A stretch of 64,000 bases of DNA from an uncultured Actinomycetota bacterium (GCA_964462595.1 CAYWXM010000023.1:71543-135542), one strand, 5' to 3'. Shown: positions 10,134 through 20,960, counted from the stretch's first letter. Notes: a model not told the origin generated them from the sequence alone. Program-made: numbers and translations.

Positions 10134-11239
10134 TAATCCTGCCCCATCGCCTTGCGCAGGCGGCTCATGATACCGTGCTTTTCCATTTTCTCGTCCTCCA
10201 TAAGCTTGAATTCATGCAGAAGTATTTTCTGCTCGGCGCTGAGTTTTTTCGGCACCTTCACCTCGAGCGTGAGGTACAGATCGCCCAGGGAGCGAGAACG
10301 TACGCTGGGCATACCTTTTCCACGTAATTTGAAAACCTCTCCCGGCTGGCTCCCCGCCGGGATCTGTAGCTTCTCCTGACCATTCAAGGTGGTCACGTCG
10401 ATATCGGTCCCCAGGGCAGCCTCGGACATGTCTATACTCACCATGGCGTGGAGGTCGCTACCGTGACGCGTAAATATATCGTGTTCGCTTATCCTGACCT
10501 CCACGTAGAGGTCTCCTGGCGGGCCTCCCCTCAGGCCGGCTTCCCCGCGGCCGTTCATCCTTATGCGATCCCCGTTGTCGACCCCTGCGGGCATGTTGAC
10601 CTCGAACCGGTCTACTATCTGCTTCGCTCCTTCTCCGCCGCATGAAGGGCAGGGATGTGTGTTTATCTCTCCAGTCCCACCGCAACGGCTGCAGACGGTA
10701 GTCGAAGTGAAGGTGCCGAGAGCGCTGCGGCGCGTATGTACCGTCTTTCCCTCTCCCCCGCACTGGGGGCAGATGTCATGGCTGTAGCCCTTCGCCAGTC
10801 CTGTCCCTCCGCACTCTTCGCATCTTTCGGTTCTGGGCAGTTCTATCTCCCGCAACGTACCCGTATATGCTTCCGAGAGCGTCAACGTAACCACCGTCAA
10901 GAGGTCGCTTCCCCGTTGTGGGGAGTAGTCTGCCCTGCCAGGTCCGCGTCCGAAAAACATGTTGAAGATATCGCCTATGGGCCCGCCGAATACATCGAAG
11001 CCGCTACCCGCAGCAGCAGGAGAGCTGCCCTCCTCGCCGAAAAGATCGTACCTTCTTTTTCTTTCCGGGTTGCTAAGCACCTCGTAGGCCTCGTTTATCT
11101 CTTTGAAGAAATCTCCCCCGTCACCGCCTCCCTGACTGACATCGGGGTGGTGGCGTCGTGCCATGCTGCGGTAAGCTCTTTTTATCTCCTCCTGGTCGGC
11201 ACTGCGTGTAATTCCTAGAATATCGTAATAATCCTTCAT
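10130..11239 (-). CDS. dnaJ: molecular chaperone DnaJ
   Basis: 369-aa ORF with a J domain containing HPD (DYYDILGI...HPDV), a G/F-rich linker, four CxxCxGxG zinc-finger repeats and the C-terminal substrate domain. Confidence 0.95.
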   Translation of the reverse strand: MKDYYDILGITRSADQEEIKRAYRSMARRHHPDVSQGGGDGGDFFKEINEAYEVLSNPERKRRYDLFGEEGSSPAAAGSGFDVFGGPIGDIFNMFFGRGPGRADYSPQRGSDLLTVVTLTLSEAYTGTLREIELPRTERCEECGGTGLAKGYSHDICPQCGGEGKTVHTRRSALGTFTSTTVCSRCGGTGEINTHPCPSCGGEGAKQIVDRFEVNMPAGVDNGDRIRMNGRGEAGLRGGPPGDLYVEVRISEHDIFTRHGSDLHAMVSIDMSEAALGTDIDVTTLNGQEKLQIPAGSQPGEVFKLRGKGMPSVRSRSLGDLYLTLEVKVPKKLSAEQKILLHEFKLMEDEKMEKHGIMSRLRKAMGQDY

Positions 11240-11260
11240 CTTTGCTTTATTTCGCCTCTC

Positions 11261-12289
11261 TTAGCCCCTGAGCATCTCTAAAGTACGGCTGAGCGATTTG
11301 GCGATGAAATCCACTGTAGGTATCACGCGGGCATAGTCCATGCGTGTCGATCCCAGCACGCTCACCGTTCCGACCATCTCCTCGCCGATGGCGTACGGTG
11401 TAGCCACCAGGCTGAAAGATTGCAGTTCCTTGTAAAGGTTCTCATCTCCTATGCGCACCAGAAGCTCCTTTGAACCGAGTGCCTCGCTGAGCATGTTGAG
11501 CAGGAAGTACTGTTCCTCGAAATGCTCGAGCAGGTTCTCGATACGCTTCAGGCCCTCTCCGTCCAGATAGCGCAGCAGGTTGACAGTCCCACCCACGAAA
11601 ACCTTTTCGTACTCTTCCTCTGAGAGGATATCTCTTATCACGGATATCACCCTCGCGGTCAGGGAGGGCGATCTCAGCCTGCTTATATCGCCTTGCAGGG
11701 TCAGCTCGGCCATCTTTTCCAGCCCCCTTCCCTGTAGTTTGTGATTCAGGAAGGACTGGATCTCCTCTAGATCGATGGCCTCGTTCGAATCCCTGATATC
11801 TATCAGTTTTTTCTCCACGCGGCCCGTGTCCGTGATGATTACCAGGAGGACTACATCCTCCGCGAGATTAACCAGGTCGACGTGCTTGATGGAGTTGCGG
11901 CGCAGGCGTGGCGCTATGACCATGGCCGCAGCGCTGGTAAGACGCGAAAGCAGGGTGCTCGTCTCCTGCAGCAGGTTCTCGAGCTCCTTAGTCTTATGGG
12001 AGAAGAGGGTTATAATAGAGTTCCTTTCATCCTCGCGCAGGCGTGTCCGCCCACTCAGGCTGTCCACGTAGAACCTGTAGCCGAGGTCGGTAGGCACCCT
12101 TCCCGCAGAGGTATGGGGCTGGTAGAGGTATCCCAACCCCTCAAGCTTGCTCAGCTCGTTGCGTATGGTTGCTGCACTTACGCCCAGGTTAAGACCCTGT
12201 GCGAGGGATTTTGAACCGACCGGAATCCCGGTAGTTATATACCTGCATACTACCGCCTTCAGTATTTTCTGTTGTCTTTTATCTATCAT
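11261..12289 (-). CDS. hrcA: heat-inducible transcription repressor HrcA
   Basis: 342-aa ORF with an N-terminal winged helix (QQKILKAVVCRYITTGIPVGSKSL), full-length HrcA architecture, and a CIRCE operator immediately upstream. Confidence 0.95.
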   Translation of the reverse strand: MIDKRQQKILKAVVCRYITTGIPVGSKSLAQGLNLGVSAATIRNELSKLEGLGYLYQPHTSAGRVPTDLGYRFYVDSLSGRTRLREDERNSIITLFSHKTKELENLLQETSTLLSRLTSAAAMVIAPRLRRNSIKHVDLVNLAEDVVLLVIITDTGRVEKKLIDIRDSNEAIDLEEIQSFLNHKLQGRGLEKMAELTLQGDISRLRSPSLTARVISVIRDILSEEEYEKVFVGGTVNLLRYLDGEGLKRIENLLEHFEEQYFLLNMLSEALGSKELLVRIGDENLYKELQSFSLVATPYAIGEEMVGTVSVLGSTRMDYARVIPTVDFIAKSLSRTLEMLRG

Positions 12290-12316
12290 TTAGCACTCTC
12301 CTCCTTAGAGTGCTAC
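12290..12316 (-). promoter_or_regulatory. CIRCE operator (HrcA binding site), TTAGCACTC-N9-GAGTGCTAc
   Basis: The plus strand reads ttagcactc-tcctcctta-gagtgcta, a perfect 9-bp inverted repeat with a 9-nt spacer that directly abuts the hrcA ATG at 12287-12289. On the coding strand the spacer reads TAAGGAGGA, which is the Shine-Dalgarno. Confidence 0.85.
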
Positions 12317-12325
12317 CCCAATATT

Positions 12326-12355
12326 AAAGTATCGGTTCTCGCCGCCATGCGTCAA
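12326..12355 (-). promoter_or_regulatory. putative sigma-A-type promoter for hrcA-dnaJ (TTGACG-N18-TACTTT)
   Basis: The reverse strand reads cTTGACGcatggcggcgagaaccgaTACTTTaatatt just upstream of CIRCE. The assignment is by eye only. Confidence 0.3.
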
Positions 12356-13461
12356 GCGGGAAGGAGCTCCAATATCACCGTATTCGAAACAAGCATGCCA
12401 CGTCCGGTGAGGCGGATGCGTCCCGTATCCCTGTGCAGCAGGCCAAGGTCCTCGAGCTCATAAAGCCGGTCTCCGTGGACGTCGAGCATGCTGTCCGGCA
12501 CGCCAAGGACGGTCCTCAAGCCCAGCATTATCCTTTCCTTGCGTTCTTCCGCTTTGCCTATATACTCGCATCCCTCGATGGCGGATATGCCCCGCGTAAT
12601 CCTGCGCATGTAATCTAAGAGGGAAAGCACGTTATTGAAGCGGCAACCCCCGACGAAAGAGTAGGCGCCGGCCCCCACGCCCAGGTACTCTTCGCGTTCC
12701 CAGTAAGCCAGGTTGTGGCGGCTGCGATGTCCGGGAAGGCAGAAGTTGGATATCTCGTAATGCTCGTAGCCTGCTTCCCGCAGTTCTTCGCAGGCCGCCA
12801 GGTACTGTTCCGCCGCTTCGTCCTCGTCTGGAAGCGCGAGTTCCCCCCTCTGGATGGCTCTTGACATCCGTGACCTTCCCGACAGGGTAAGCGCGTAAAG
12901 GCTTATGTGATGGACACCTGCTCCTATGACCTTGCGCAGCCCCTGCAACAGCGTTTCCTTATCCATACCCGGCAATCCGAACATCAGGTCCACGGACACG
13001 GATAAAACACCGCTTCCAAGCGCATCCTTTATGGCCATCATGGCTTTCGCGGCATCGTGCAACCTTCCCAGTCTTACCAGCGAGGGATCGTGCAGCGACT
13101 GCACGCCCACACTTATGCGATTGACGCCTCCCGTCCGAGCGGCTGCGTAATCCCCGGCTTTCCAGGTGGCCGGGTTTACCTCCACGGTGGTCTCTGCATC
13201 GTCGCTCAAGCCAAACCGGGAACCTATCCCGCCTAAAAGTTCCGATATCTCCACCCCGCTGAGGGTGGAAGGCGTGCCGCCTCCCAGGTAAACGGACCTC
13301 AGCCCTCTCTTTTCTTCGCCCATCAGCTCTGCCCAGGCGGATATCTCCGAAAGAAGGGCGCACATGTACTCGCGCATGCGGCGGCCGTCGCACACCCGCG
13401 AGTTGAAATCGCAATAAGAACAGCGGGAGATGCAGAAAGGCCAGTGAACGTAAAGCCTCAC
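12352..13461 (-). CDS. hemW: radical-SAM heme chaperone HemW (oxygen-independent coproporphyrinogen-III-oxidase-like)
   Basis: It has the CxxxCxxC radical-SAM motif ([12 protein letters not shown]) and the HemW/HemN-like C-terminus. The long ORF extends to 13608 through the lepA 3' end. The likely real start is the GTG at 13459-13461, which overlaps the lepA TGA (a GTGA junction). Confidence 0.85.
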   Translation of the reverse strand: MRLYVHWPFCISRCSYCDFNSRVCDGRRMREYMCALLSEISAWAELMGEEKRGLRSVYLGGGTPSTLSGVEISELLGGIGSRFGLSDDAETTVEVNPATWKAGDYAAARTGGVNRISVGVQSLHDPSLVRLGRLHDAAKAMMAIKDALGSGVLSVSVDLMFGLPGMDKETLLQGLRKVIGAGVHHISLYALTLSGRSRMSRAIQRGELALPDEDEAAEQYLAACEELREAGYEHYEISNFCLPGHRSRHNLAYWEREEYLGVGAGAYSFVGGCRFNNVLSLLDYMRRITRGISAIEGCEYIGKAEERKERIMLGLRTVLGVPDSMLDVHGDRLYELEDLGLLHRDTGRIRLTGRGMLVSNTVILELLPA

Positions 13462-15272
13462 TTTCCGCCCTCCTCCCTGGTGACCCTGAGCGCGGATATG
13501 AAGGCTTCCTGGGGAATCTCGACCTTGCCCACCATCTTCATGCGTTTTTTCCCCTCTTTCTGCTTCTGAAGCAGCTTCTTCTTCCTGGTGATGTCGCCGC
13601 CGTAGCATTTGGCCAGCACGTCCTTGCGCTTGGCCTTTATCGTCTCCCGCGCCACCACCCTGCCGCCTATGGCCGCCTGTATCGGTACGTCGAAGAGCTG
13701 CCGGGGGATGAGTTCCCGCAGACGTTGCGTGATACGCCTTCCGTAGTCGTAAGCGCGGCCCCTATCCACTATGGACGAAAAGGCATCTATTGGCTCCCCG
13801 TTGATGAGTATGTCCAGTTTTACCAGGTTACCCGGAAGAAATCCTGCGTGTTCGTAATCCAGGGAAGCATAACCCCTGCTGCGGGATTTCAACTGGTCGT
13901 AGAAATCGACCACGATCTCCGCCAGAGGCAAGCGGCAGCGTATCTCCACCCGGCGCCCGGAGAGGTAGGCCAAGTCATGGAATATCCCCCTCCTCTCCTT
14001 CACCAGCTCGAGCATGACGCCCATGTAGTCCGGAGGGACCAGTATGGTCGCCTGCACGTACGGCTCGCGCATCTCGCTCAAGGTGGCCGCGTCGGGCATA
14101 TCCGAGGGGTTACGCACGTAGGTTACCGTTCCTTCCCTCTCCTCGACCTCATATACGACGTTGGGGGCGGTTATGACCAGGTCGAGGCCGTATTCCCTCT
14201 CCAGCCTCTCCTGCACTATCTCCATGTGCAGCAGACCGAGAAACCCGCAGCGGTACCCGAAACCCAGCGCCTTGGAGGTCTCCTTGGCGAAGGTGAGGGC
14301 GGCTTCGTTAAGCTTCAATCTTTCCAGGGCGTCGCCCAAGTCGGTGAAATCGTCCGAATCCACCGGGTATATTCCGGCGAACACCATAGGTTTGGGCTCG
14401 AGATATCCGGGCAGCGGCCCGGAAGCGGGGTTATCCCTGCCGGTCACCGTGTCCCCGACCTTGATCCTGGTGACGTCCTTGATGCCGGTGATGATGTAAC
14501 CGACCTCCCCCGCCTCCAGGATGCCGGTGGAGATCATGTCTGGTGAGAAGTACCCCACCTCGTCTATCTCCACCGCCTTCCCCTCCACCATGAAACGGGC
14601 TTTCATGCCCTTGCGGACCACGCCCTCTGCCACGCGCACGAAGGCCACCACGCCGCGGTAGAGGTCGTAGGTGGAGTCGAAGACCAGCGCGCGCAGCGGC
14701 AGCCCGGTCTCAGCCGGGGGCGGCGGCACGCGCCCGATTATCTCCCCCAGCAACTCCTCCACGCCCTCCCCCGTCTTGGCCGATACCGCCATGACCTCCG
14801 CCGGGTCTATGCCGAGCAGGTCAGCCACCTCCATGGCGCTGTCCTCGAAGTCCGCGCTGGGGAGATCTATCTTGTTGACCACCGGGATCACGGTGAGCCC
14901 GGCCTCCACGGCCAGGTAGGCATTGCCGACGGTCTGGGCCTCCACGCCCTGCGACGCGTCCACCAGCAGCACGGCTCCCTCGCAGGCGGCCAGGCTGCGC
15001 GAGACCTCGTAGGAAAAGTCCACATGGCCCGGCGTGTCGATGAGGTTGAGCTGGAATTCTTCCTCTCCCGCGGGCGCATACCGCATGCGCACCGCCTGGG
15101 CCTTGATGGTGATGCCTCGCTCGCGCTCGAGATCCATACGGTCCAGGTACTGGTCCGCCATCTTCTGGTGCGGCACCGTCTGCGTTATCTCGAGGAACCT
15201 GTCAGCCAGCGTGGACTTGCCGTGGTCTATATGCGCGATGATGCAGAAATTGCGTATTCTCTTTTCCTCCAT
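13458..15272 (-). CDS. lepA: translation elongation factor 4 (LepA)
   Basis: 604-aa ORF with the GTPase G1 motif AHIDHGKST and a full-length LepA-specific C-terminal domain. Confidence 0.95.
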   Translation of the reverse strand: MEEKRIRNFCIIAHIDHGKSTLADRFLEITQTVPHQKMADQYLDRMDLERERGITIKAQAVRMRYAPAGEEEFQLNLIDTPGHVDFSYEVSRSLAACEGAVLLVDASQGVEAQTVGNAYLAVEAGLTVIPVVNKIDLPSADFEDSAMEVADLLGIDPAEVMAVSAKTGEGVEELLGEIIGRVPPPPAETGLPLRALVFDSTYDLYRGVVAFVRVAEGVVRKGMKARFMVEGKAVEIDEVGYFSPDMISTGILEAGEVGYIITGIKDVTRIKVGDTVTGRDNPASGPLPGYLEPKPMVFAGIYPVDSDDFTDLGDALERLKLNEAALTFAKETSKALGFGYRCGFLGLLHMEIVQERLEREYGLDLVITAPNVVYEVEEREGTVTYVRNPSDMPDAATLSEMREPYVQATILVPPDYMGVMLELVKERRGIFHDLAYLSGRRVEIRCRLPLAEIVVDFYDQLKSRSRGYASLDYEHAGFLPGNLVKLDILINGEPIDAFSSIVDRGRAYDYGRRITQRLRELIPRQLFDVPIQAAIGGRVVARETIKAKRKDVLAKCYGGDITRKKKLLQKQKEGKKRMKMVGKVEIPQEAFISALRVTREEGGK

Positions 15273-15535
15273 ATATATACACCTCGGTCATTATCGCATA
15301 TTAATTCGCGTTTGAGTTACGGCTCGATTACCTTTGGACAGGCTTCTCTGCCGGAGCGGTGGTCATGCCGCTTCCGGCGCTGAACCCCTTAAGTTTGCGC
15401 TCAGGATCAAGTCCCGCAATTACCGGGATTTATAATGATCGAACCGACCGTATGACATCCGGAGACGTATAAGTGGTAACGACTCGCCTACTTATGCTAC
15501 AATTTGCCCTGTTTGCGGAAAGGAGGGAAAATAAC

Positions 15536-15799
15536 TTGCCTAATATCAAACAGCAGGAAAAGCGCATGAGGCAGGCGGAGAAGAGGCGCGTGCGCAATAA
15601 GTCGCGCAAGTCGGAGATAAAGACATACATCGGGCGTTTCGAAGCCGCGCTGCAGCGAGGAGACCGCGAAGAAAGCACGGAATTCCTGAACAAGGCAGTC
15701 AGGGCGCTGGACAAGGCGGCCAGCGACGGAATCATCCACAGGAACAACGCCGCCAACCATAAGTCTCGTCTCCTGGCCAAATACAACAAGACCCTCTGA
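15536..15799 (+). CDS. rpsT: 30S ribosomal protein S20
   Basis: It reads PNIKQQEKRMRQAEKRRVRNKSRKSEIKTYI..., the typical S20 sequence. The probable TTG start at 15536 is preceded by GAAAGGAGGG. The listed ORF (from 15473) has an implausible N-terminal extension. Confidence 0.85.
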   Translation: MPNIKQQEKRMRQAEKRRVRNKSRKSEIKTYIGRFEAALQRGDREESTEFLNKAVRALDKAASDGIIHRNNAANHKSRLLAKYNKTL

Positions 15800-15808
15800 A
15801 CGAGCCCT

Positions 15809-15833
15809 GAACCTTCGCGGCCTCGCAAGGTTC
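15809..15833 (+). terminator. possible rpsT terminator hairpin (GAACCTT-N11-AAGGTTC)
   Basis: A 7-bp inverted repeat lies 10 nt after the rpsT stop, followed by the partially T-containing ccgggtatattt. The U-tract is weak. Confidence 0.3.
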
Positions 15834-15988
15834 CGGCCGGGTATATTTCCACGTACTATCTCCATCCATTTTGATAATCGGGCGTGGATGCGTTTCGGCC
15901 TGGTGCAGGCCAGATAAATCGATCATCCGGGTCATTACCCTTGTTCTTTCAACCGGGAAACAGAGTAACAGTAATCAATGACCGTCCT

Positions 15989-18403
15989 TCAGCGCAGTCT
16001 TGCCCCCAACCTTTCGCCCAGGGCGGCGATGATCCCCTCGTAAGTAGAGCGCACCTCCTCGTCCCTCAGGGTACGGTCCAGGGCGTAGAAGGAGAGGCTG
16101 TAGGCCAGGCTCTTGCTGCCGGCATCGAGCTGCTCGCCGCGGTAGAGGTCGAAGAGCCGCACCTCCCGCAGCAGATCCCCGCCATGCTCCTTGATTACCC
16201 CCTCCACATCACCTTCGCATACGGCATCGTCCACCACTATCGCCAGGTCCATCTGGATGGAGGGAAAGCGCGGTATCTCCTCATAAGGTACGGGCTCCAG
16301 GGCGGCTTTTATCAGGTTTTCCAGTTCTATCTCGAGCACGGCCGTGTTCTCGGGAAGGTCCGCCTCAGAGGCGATCCGCGGATGAATCATACCCAGCCAG
16401 CCCGAATCCCTGCCGTTGATGTTTACAACGCACGATTGTGCGGGGTGCAGGAATGGCAGGGATTTTCTGTCCAGGGATACAGACCTGACGTGAAGAGATG
16501 ACGCCAGCTTCTCCAGTATTCCCTTGGCGGTGAAGAAGTCCGCATCTTCCGCATCCGAGTACCACTGCTTGGGGGTCCACATCCCGGCGAGCGCACAGCA
16601 CAGCTTCTGAGGCTCAGCGGGAAGCACCTCCTCCGTCCGCGGGATGAACGCCCTCCCAATCTCGAAGAAAAGCGTCCCGGTAACCTGACGGTTGAGGTTG
16701 AAACGCACCGCCTCCAGCAGCCCAGGAAGCAGCGTGGGGCGCATCACCGACATCTCCTCGCTTATGGGATTGCGCAGACCTATGCACGCGGTCGGTATAT
16801 ATTCCCTGGCGGGATCCAGGATATCAAGCCAACGAGGGGAGATAAAAGCATTTGAAATGGCCTCGTGCAGTCCCATGCCAGCCAGGATGCGCGCGATCTC
16901 GCGGCGTTTTACCTGTTGCGGCGTCAGCGACCCGATATTGTGTTGAGTGCACGGCAGCGTGGACCTTATCCTCCCGTAGCCATGTAGGCGGGCTACCTCC
17001 TCTACCAGGTCTATCTCCCTCCCGAGATCGGCTCGGAATGTGGGCACCGTAGCCTCGATGATCTCCTCGTCCAGGCCCCCTCCGGCAATCCGCGCATCCA
17101 GCTCGATGGAGCGAAGGTGTGAGGCCATCTCCTCGCCTGTTATATCCGCGCCGATTAGCCGGGCGGTTCTTTTCACCCTGAGCTTAATGCGCACGGGCTC
17201 GATAATTCTGGCGCGTGCGTCCACCGCTCCGGGCATTACAGAACCACCGGCAATTTCCTGCATGAGGAATGCAGCCCGGTCCGCAGCACGCACGCATCCT
17301 CCCGGGTCAACTCCCCTCTCGAAACGATAGGAGGCCTCAGAGGTAAGGTCCTGCATCCTGGCGGTGCGCATTATGTTGGCCGGGTCGAAATGTGCGGACT
17401 CCAGCAGTACCCTCGCGGTGGAAACGCTCACCTCGGTGTGTTCCCCTCCCATGACCCCGGCGAGCGCGACCGGCCCCGAGGGATCGCATATGAGTAGGTC
17501 ATCGCGGACGAGCTGCCTCTCCACGCCATCAAGGGTAGTCATCTTTTCGCCCTCCACCGCTCTCCTTACTATGATATGTCCCCGCTCCACCAGGTCCAGA
17601 TCGAATGCGTGCAGGGGCTGACCCATCTCGAGCATGACGTAGTTGGTCACGTCGACGATGTTGCAGATCGGGCGCACTCCCGCGGCCTGCAGCCTGCGCC
17701 GCATCCACCAGGGAGATGGAGCGATACGGATCCCCTCGATGACCCTGGCTACATAACGGGAGCACAGGTCACCGTCCTCTATTTCAACGCGCACGGTTTC
17801 CGTTGCCTCCGCGCCCACCTCCAGCAATTCAAATGCGGGCCTCCTTAGCTTCCGGCCCGTGAGTGCCGCTACCTCCCGTGCGATGCCCAGCATAGATAGG
17901 CAGTCGGGACGGTTTGGGGTTATTTCCAGGTCCAGAACCGTATCACTCATCCCCAGCACTTCGGACAGGATGGCACCCGCCCGTGCTCCCTCCTCCAGTA
18001 TCATGATGCCCTCCGCTTCCTCCGATATCCCCAGCTCCTTCTCGGAGAGCAGCATGCCTCGCGATGCGATGCCGCGTATTGTCGCCTCCGTTATCGGAGT
18101 GCCGTCGGGAAGGCTGCTTCCCGGCGTTGCAACGGGCACGAAGATATCCGGACGCACGTTGGGGGCACCGCAGACGATGTCCGCCACTTCTTTTCCCAGG
18201 TCCACCTGGCACAAAGACAGCCTGTCCGCGGCGGGGTGGGGTTTTACCTCGAGCACGTGCCCCACGACGAAGCCGTCAAGGGCAGCCCCCAATTCCTCAA
18301 CACCCTCGACGGCGGTTCCGGAGTCGGTCAGCATTTCCGCCAGTTCCAGGGCGCTCCTTGTAATATCGATATATTCCGCCAGCCATTCAAGAGAAACGCG
18401 CAT
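15989..18403 (-). CDS. pheT: phenylalanine--tRNA ligase beta subunit
   Basis: 804-aa ORF with the tRNA-binding N-terminal domain, B3/4, B5 and C-terminal FDX-ACB domains. Confidence 0.95.
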   Translation of the reverse strand: MRVSLEWLAEYIDITRSALELAEMLTDSGTAVEGVEELGAALDGFVVGHVLEVKPHPAADRLSLCQVDLGKEVADIVCGAPNVRPDIFVPVATPGSSLPDGTPITEATIRGIASRGMLLSEKELGISEEAEGIMILEEGARAGAILSEVLGMSDTVLDLEITPNRPDCLSMLGIAREVAALTGRKLRRPAFELLEVGAEATETVRVEIEDGDLCSRYVARVIEGIRIAPSPWWMRRRLQAAGVRPICNIVDVTNYVMLEMGQPLHAFDLDLVERGHIIVRRAVEGEKMTTLDGVERQLVRDDLLICDPSGPVALAGVMGGEHTEVSVSTARVLLESAHFDPANIMRTARMQDLTSEASYRFERGVDPGGCVRAADRAAFLMQEIAGGSVMPGAVDARARIIEPVRIKLRVKRTARLIGADITGEEMASHLRSIELDARIAGGGLDEEIIEATVPTFRADLGREIDLVEEVARLHGYGRIRSTLPCTQHNIGSLTPQQVKRREIARILAGMGLHEAISNAFISPRWLDILDPAREYIPTACIGLRNPISEEMSVMRPTLLPGLLEAVRFNLNRQVTGTLFFEIGRAFIPRTEEVLPAEPQKLCCALAGMWTPKQWYSDAEDADFFTAKGILEKLASSLHVRSVSLDRKSLPFLHPAQSCVVNINGRDSGWLGMIHPRIASEADLPENTAVLEIELENLIKAALEPVPYEEIPRFPSIQMDLAIVVDDAVCEGDVEGVIKEHGGDLLREVRLFDLYRGEQLDAGSKSLAYSLSFYALDRTLRDEEVRSTYEGIIAALGERLGARLR

Positions 18404-18414
18404 CTCTATCTCTC

Positions 18415-19485
18415 CTAGTACTGTTTGAGCAGGCGCAGGTCGTTATCGAAGAAATATCTTATATCCGGCACGCCATATTTAAGCAGGGCGATGCGCTCCA
18501 CGCCCATGCCGAAGGCGAAACCGCTTATCTCTTCGGGGTCGTACCCCACGTAGCCGTATACGTTGGGATCGACCATGCCTGCTCCCAGTATCTCCAGCCA
18601 GCCAGTACCCTTACATACCCTGCAGCCTATCCCGCCGCACATGTTACAGGATATGTCCACTTCCGCGCTGGGCTCCGTGAAGGGGAAGAAATGCGGGCGG
18701 AAACGCACGCCGCGATCCTCTCCGAACATGCGCCGTGCGAAATATTCCAGGGTTCCCTTCAGGTCTCCCAGGGTAATAGCCTTGTCCACCGCCAAACCCT
18801 CTACCTGGTGGAACATGGGGGAATGGGTGGCATCCGGCACGTCACGCCTGTATGCCTTTCCGGGCGATATCACGTACAGGGGTGGTGGGGTTGATTCCAT
18901 CACCCTTACCTGCACCGGAGAGGTCTGGGTGCGCAGCAGCACGTCCTCTCTGCCGCTGCCGGGGATGTTAACATAGAAAGTATCCGAGAGCGATTTCGAG
19001 GGATGCCATTCCGGCGTGTTCAAGGCCTCGAAATTGTAGTAATCGAGCTCGACCTCGGGTCCCTCCACGACGCGGTAGCCAATGCCGACGAAGATATCCT
19101 CTATCTCCTCGATGATACTTGAAAGCAGGTGCCTCGTGCCTGGGGGAGACATCCTTCCCGGCAACGTGGTGTCCACTTCTTCCCTGGCCAGCGCTTCCTC
19201 CATCTCGCTCCGTCTGAGCATGCCTCCCTTCTCGTCCAGGGAACTCTCCAGCCATGCCTTGAGCAAGTTCCCGAGGCGACCTACCCGGCGCTTTTCCTCG
19301 GGTTCGAGCTGCTTTATACCCTGCAGCAATAGAGATAGCCTTCCCTTGCGGCCAAGATATGCCACGCGTACTTCGTCAATGGCTTCGGAATCACCTGCTG
19401 CCTCGAGTGCACTACGTGCGTCTTCGTATATGCCTCCCAACTCGGGATCGGCGATGATCTCTTCGCGAAAGTCGTCGGCTGCCAT
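18415..19485 (-). CDS. pheS: phenylalanine--tRNA ligase alpha subunit
   Basis: 356-aa ORF with class II aaRS motifs (FRPHFFPFTEPS, GMGVERI). Confidence 0.95.
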   Translation of the reverse strand: MAADDFREEIIADPELGGIYEDARSALEAAGDSEAIDEVRVAYLGRKGRLSLLLQGIKQLEPEEKRRVGRLGNLLKAWLESSLDEKGGMLRRSEMEEALAREEVDTTLPGRMSPPGTRHLLSSIIEEIEDIFVGIGYRVVEGPEVELDYYNFEALNTPEWHPSKSLSDTFYVNIPGSGREDVLLRTQTSPVQVRVMESTPPPLYVISPGKAYRRDVPDATHSPMFHQVEGLAVDKAITLGDLKGTLEYFARRMFGEDRGVRFRPHFFPFTEPSAEVDISCNMCGGIGCRVCKGTGWLEILGAGMVDPNVYGYVGYDPEEISGFAFGMGVERIALLKYGVPDIRYFFDNDLRLLKQY

Positions 19486-20325
19486 TCAGAAATCCTCCCT
19501 ATCGGCATCTCTCACGTTCCTGCACCTTGCCGCCTCGTAAAGAAGCACCGCCGCGGCGGCGGCCACGTTAAGCGATTCGGCCTCCCCGATTATCGGGACC
19601 CGCACCAGGCCATCTACCAATGAGGATTCGTCCTCCGGAATGCCCCACGACTCGTTGCCCACGACCAGGGCCAGCCTTTCGGGCCATTCCAACTCCCACA
19701 TCACGGTACCGGCATGGGCATCGGCCGCAAGGACGGTGAAGCCGGCTTTTTTCAAGACATTTATATTCTCGGACGCCTCCCCGCCGACCGCGAGGGGGAT
19801 GTGAAATAGAGAACCCGCGCTGCTTCGCACCGTCTTGGGGTTATAGAGGTCCGCGCTTTCCGCGCATATCGCCATTCCACCCACGCCTGCCGCATCGGCG
19901 ATCCTTATCATATTCCCCAGGTTGCCTGGGTCTCTCACCCTGTCGGCGACAAGCACCGCCGCCGGGTTGGAGTCGCAAATAGCCTCGATACCCACGTGGA
20001 CCAGCGGGGATACGGCGATTATCCCCTGCGGGGTTACCGTATCCGAAAGGCTGTCTATCACCTCGTCTCTCGCGGTCAGGCAGGGTATATTCCGTGCCTT
20101 GATCAGGTCCGTATAAGCCTCCAGGGACTCCCGTCCTTTGTGATTGCAGATAATGCACTCGGGCGCATGGGGTGATCTCAGTGCCTCCGCTACGCATTGC
20201 AGGCCCTCGATAATGAACAATCCCTCACGGTAGCGGAAATTTCTCTTGCGCAGGCGTCGGTATCGCCTGACGCGCTCGTTTTTCGGGCTCTCGATCACGG
20301 CGTACAGGCGAACCCCATCAGGCAC
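19486..20325 (-). CDS. TrmH/SpoU-family RNA 2'-O-methyltransferase (TsnR/YsgA-like)
   Basis: 279-aa ORF with the SPOUT motifs [10 protein letters not shown] and AAAAVLLYE. It occupies the conserved position between rplT and pheS. Confidence 0.8.
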   Translation of the reverse strand: MPDGVRLYAVIESPKNERVRRYRRLRKRNFRYREGLFIIEGLQCVAEALRSPHAPECIICNHKGRESLEAYTDLIKARNIPCLTARDEVIDSLSDTVTPQGIIAVSPLVHVGIEAICDSNPAAVLVADRVRDPGNLGNMIRIADAAGVGGMAICAESADLYNPKTVRSSAGSLFHIPLAVGGEASENINVLKKAGFTVLAADAHAGTVMWELEWPERLALVVGNESWGIPEDESSLVDGLVRVPIIGEAESLNVAAAAAVLLYEAARCRNVRDADREDF

Positions 20326-20704
20326 TCGCCTCCTTTACCTGTGGTTCCTTTACCAGCTGTTCCTTGGCCTTCTGCGCCAGTTCCGAGAAAGAGGCGGGAT
20401 CCGATACGGCCATTTCAGCCAGCATTTTGCGATTAACGTCGATCTCCGCAAGCTTCAATCCCTGGATAAACCTGCTGTAGGATATGCCGTTCTGCCGTGC
20501 GGCGGCGTTAATGCGAGCGATCCACAGGCGCCGGAAGTCCCTCTTCTTGTTGCGCCGGTCGCGGTAAGCGTATTGTAGTGAATGCATGACCTGCTCGTTG
20601 GCGCTGCGATACGACCTGCTGCGGGCGCCGCGATAGCCCTTGGCCATGCTCATAACTTTCTTTTTTCTCTTTTTCCTCGCAACCGAATGTCTTGTTCTGG
20701 ACAT
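20318..20704 (-). CDS. rplT: 50S ribosomal protein L20
   Basis: 128-aa ORF containing [52 protein letters not shown], a near-consensus L20 sequence. Confidence 0.95.
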   Translation of the reverse strand: MSRTRHSVARKKRKKKVMSMAKGYRGARSRSYRSANEQVMHSLQYAYRDRRNKKRDFRRLWIARINAAARQNGISYSRFIQGLKLAEIDVNRKMLAEMAVSDPASFSELAQKAKEQLVKEPQVKEASA

Positions 20705-20762
20705 ATGAACTCAGTCCTTTCCTGCCTTATATGATCCGCTTCAACAGGCGGTGCAGGCCTTA

Positions 20763-20960
20763 TCAGCCCTGCCGCAACATCTTTCTCACGCTGGGGACGT
20801 CGCTTTTCGCCACCTCGGCCTTGGAGCGGTAGGAGCGTTTACGGGTAGGACTCTTCTTGGAAAGAAGGTGGCTGCCGTATCCCTTCCTTCTTCGCAGTTT
20901 GCCTCCTCCGGTTATCTCAAACCTCTTGGCCGCTCCCCGGTGTGTCTTCATTTTTGGCAT
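20763..20960 (-). CDS. rpmI: 50S ribosomal protein L35
   Basis: 65-aa ORF reading [14 protein letters not shown]... Confidence 0.9.
   Translation of the reverse strand: MPKMKTHRGAAKRFEITGGGKLRRRKGYGSHLLSKKSPTRKRSYRSKAEVAKSDVPSVRKMLRQG

Noticed and set aside
12352-13608. hemW ORF extending 50 codons upstream through the lepA 3' end
   Set aside because: The extension is charged low-complexity sequence, while a GTG start overlapping the lepA TGA (a GTGA junction) gives a canonical HemW N-terminus. So it is an over-extended ORF, not a fusion or pseudogene.
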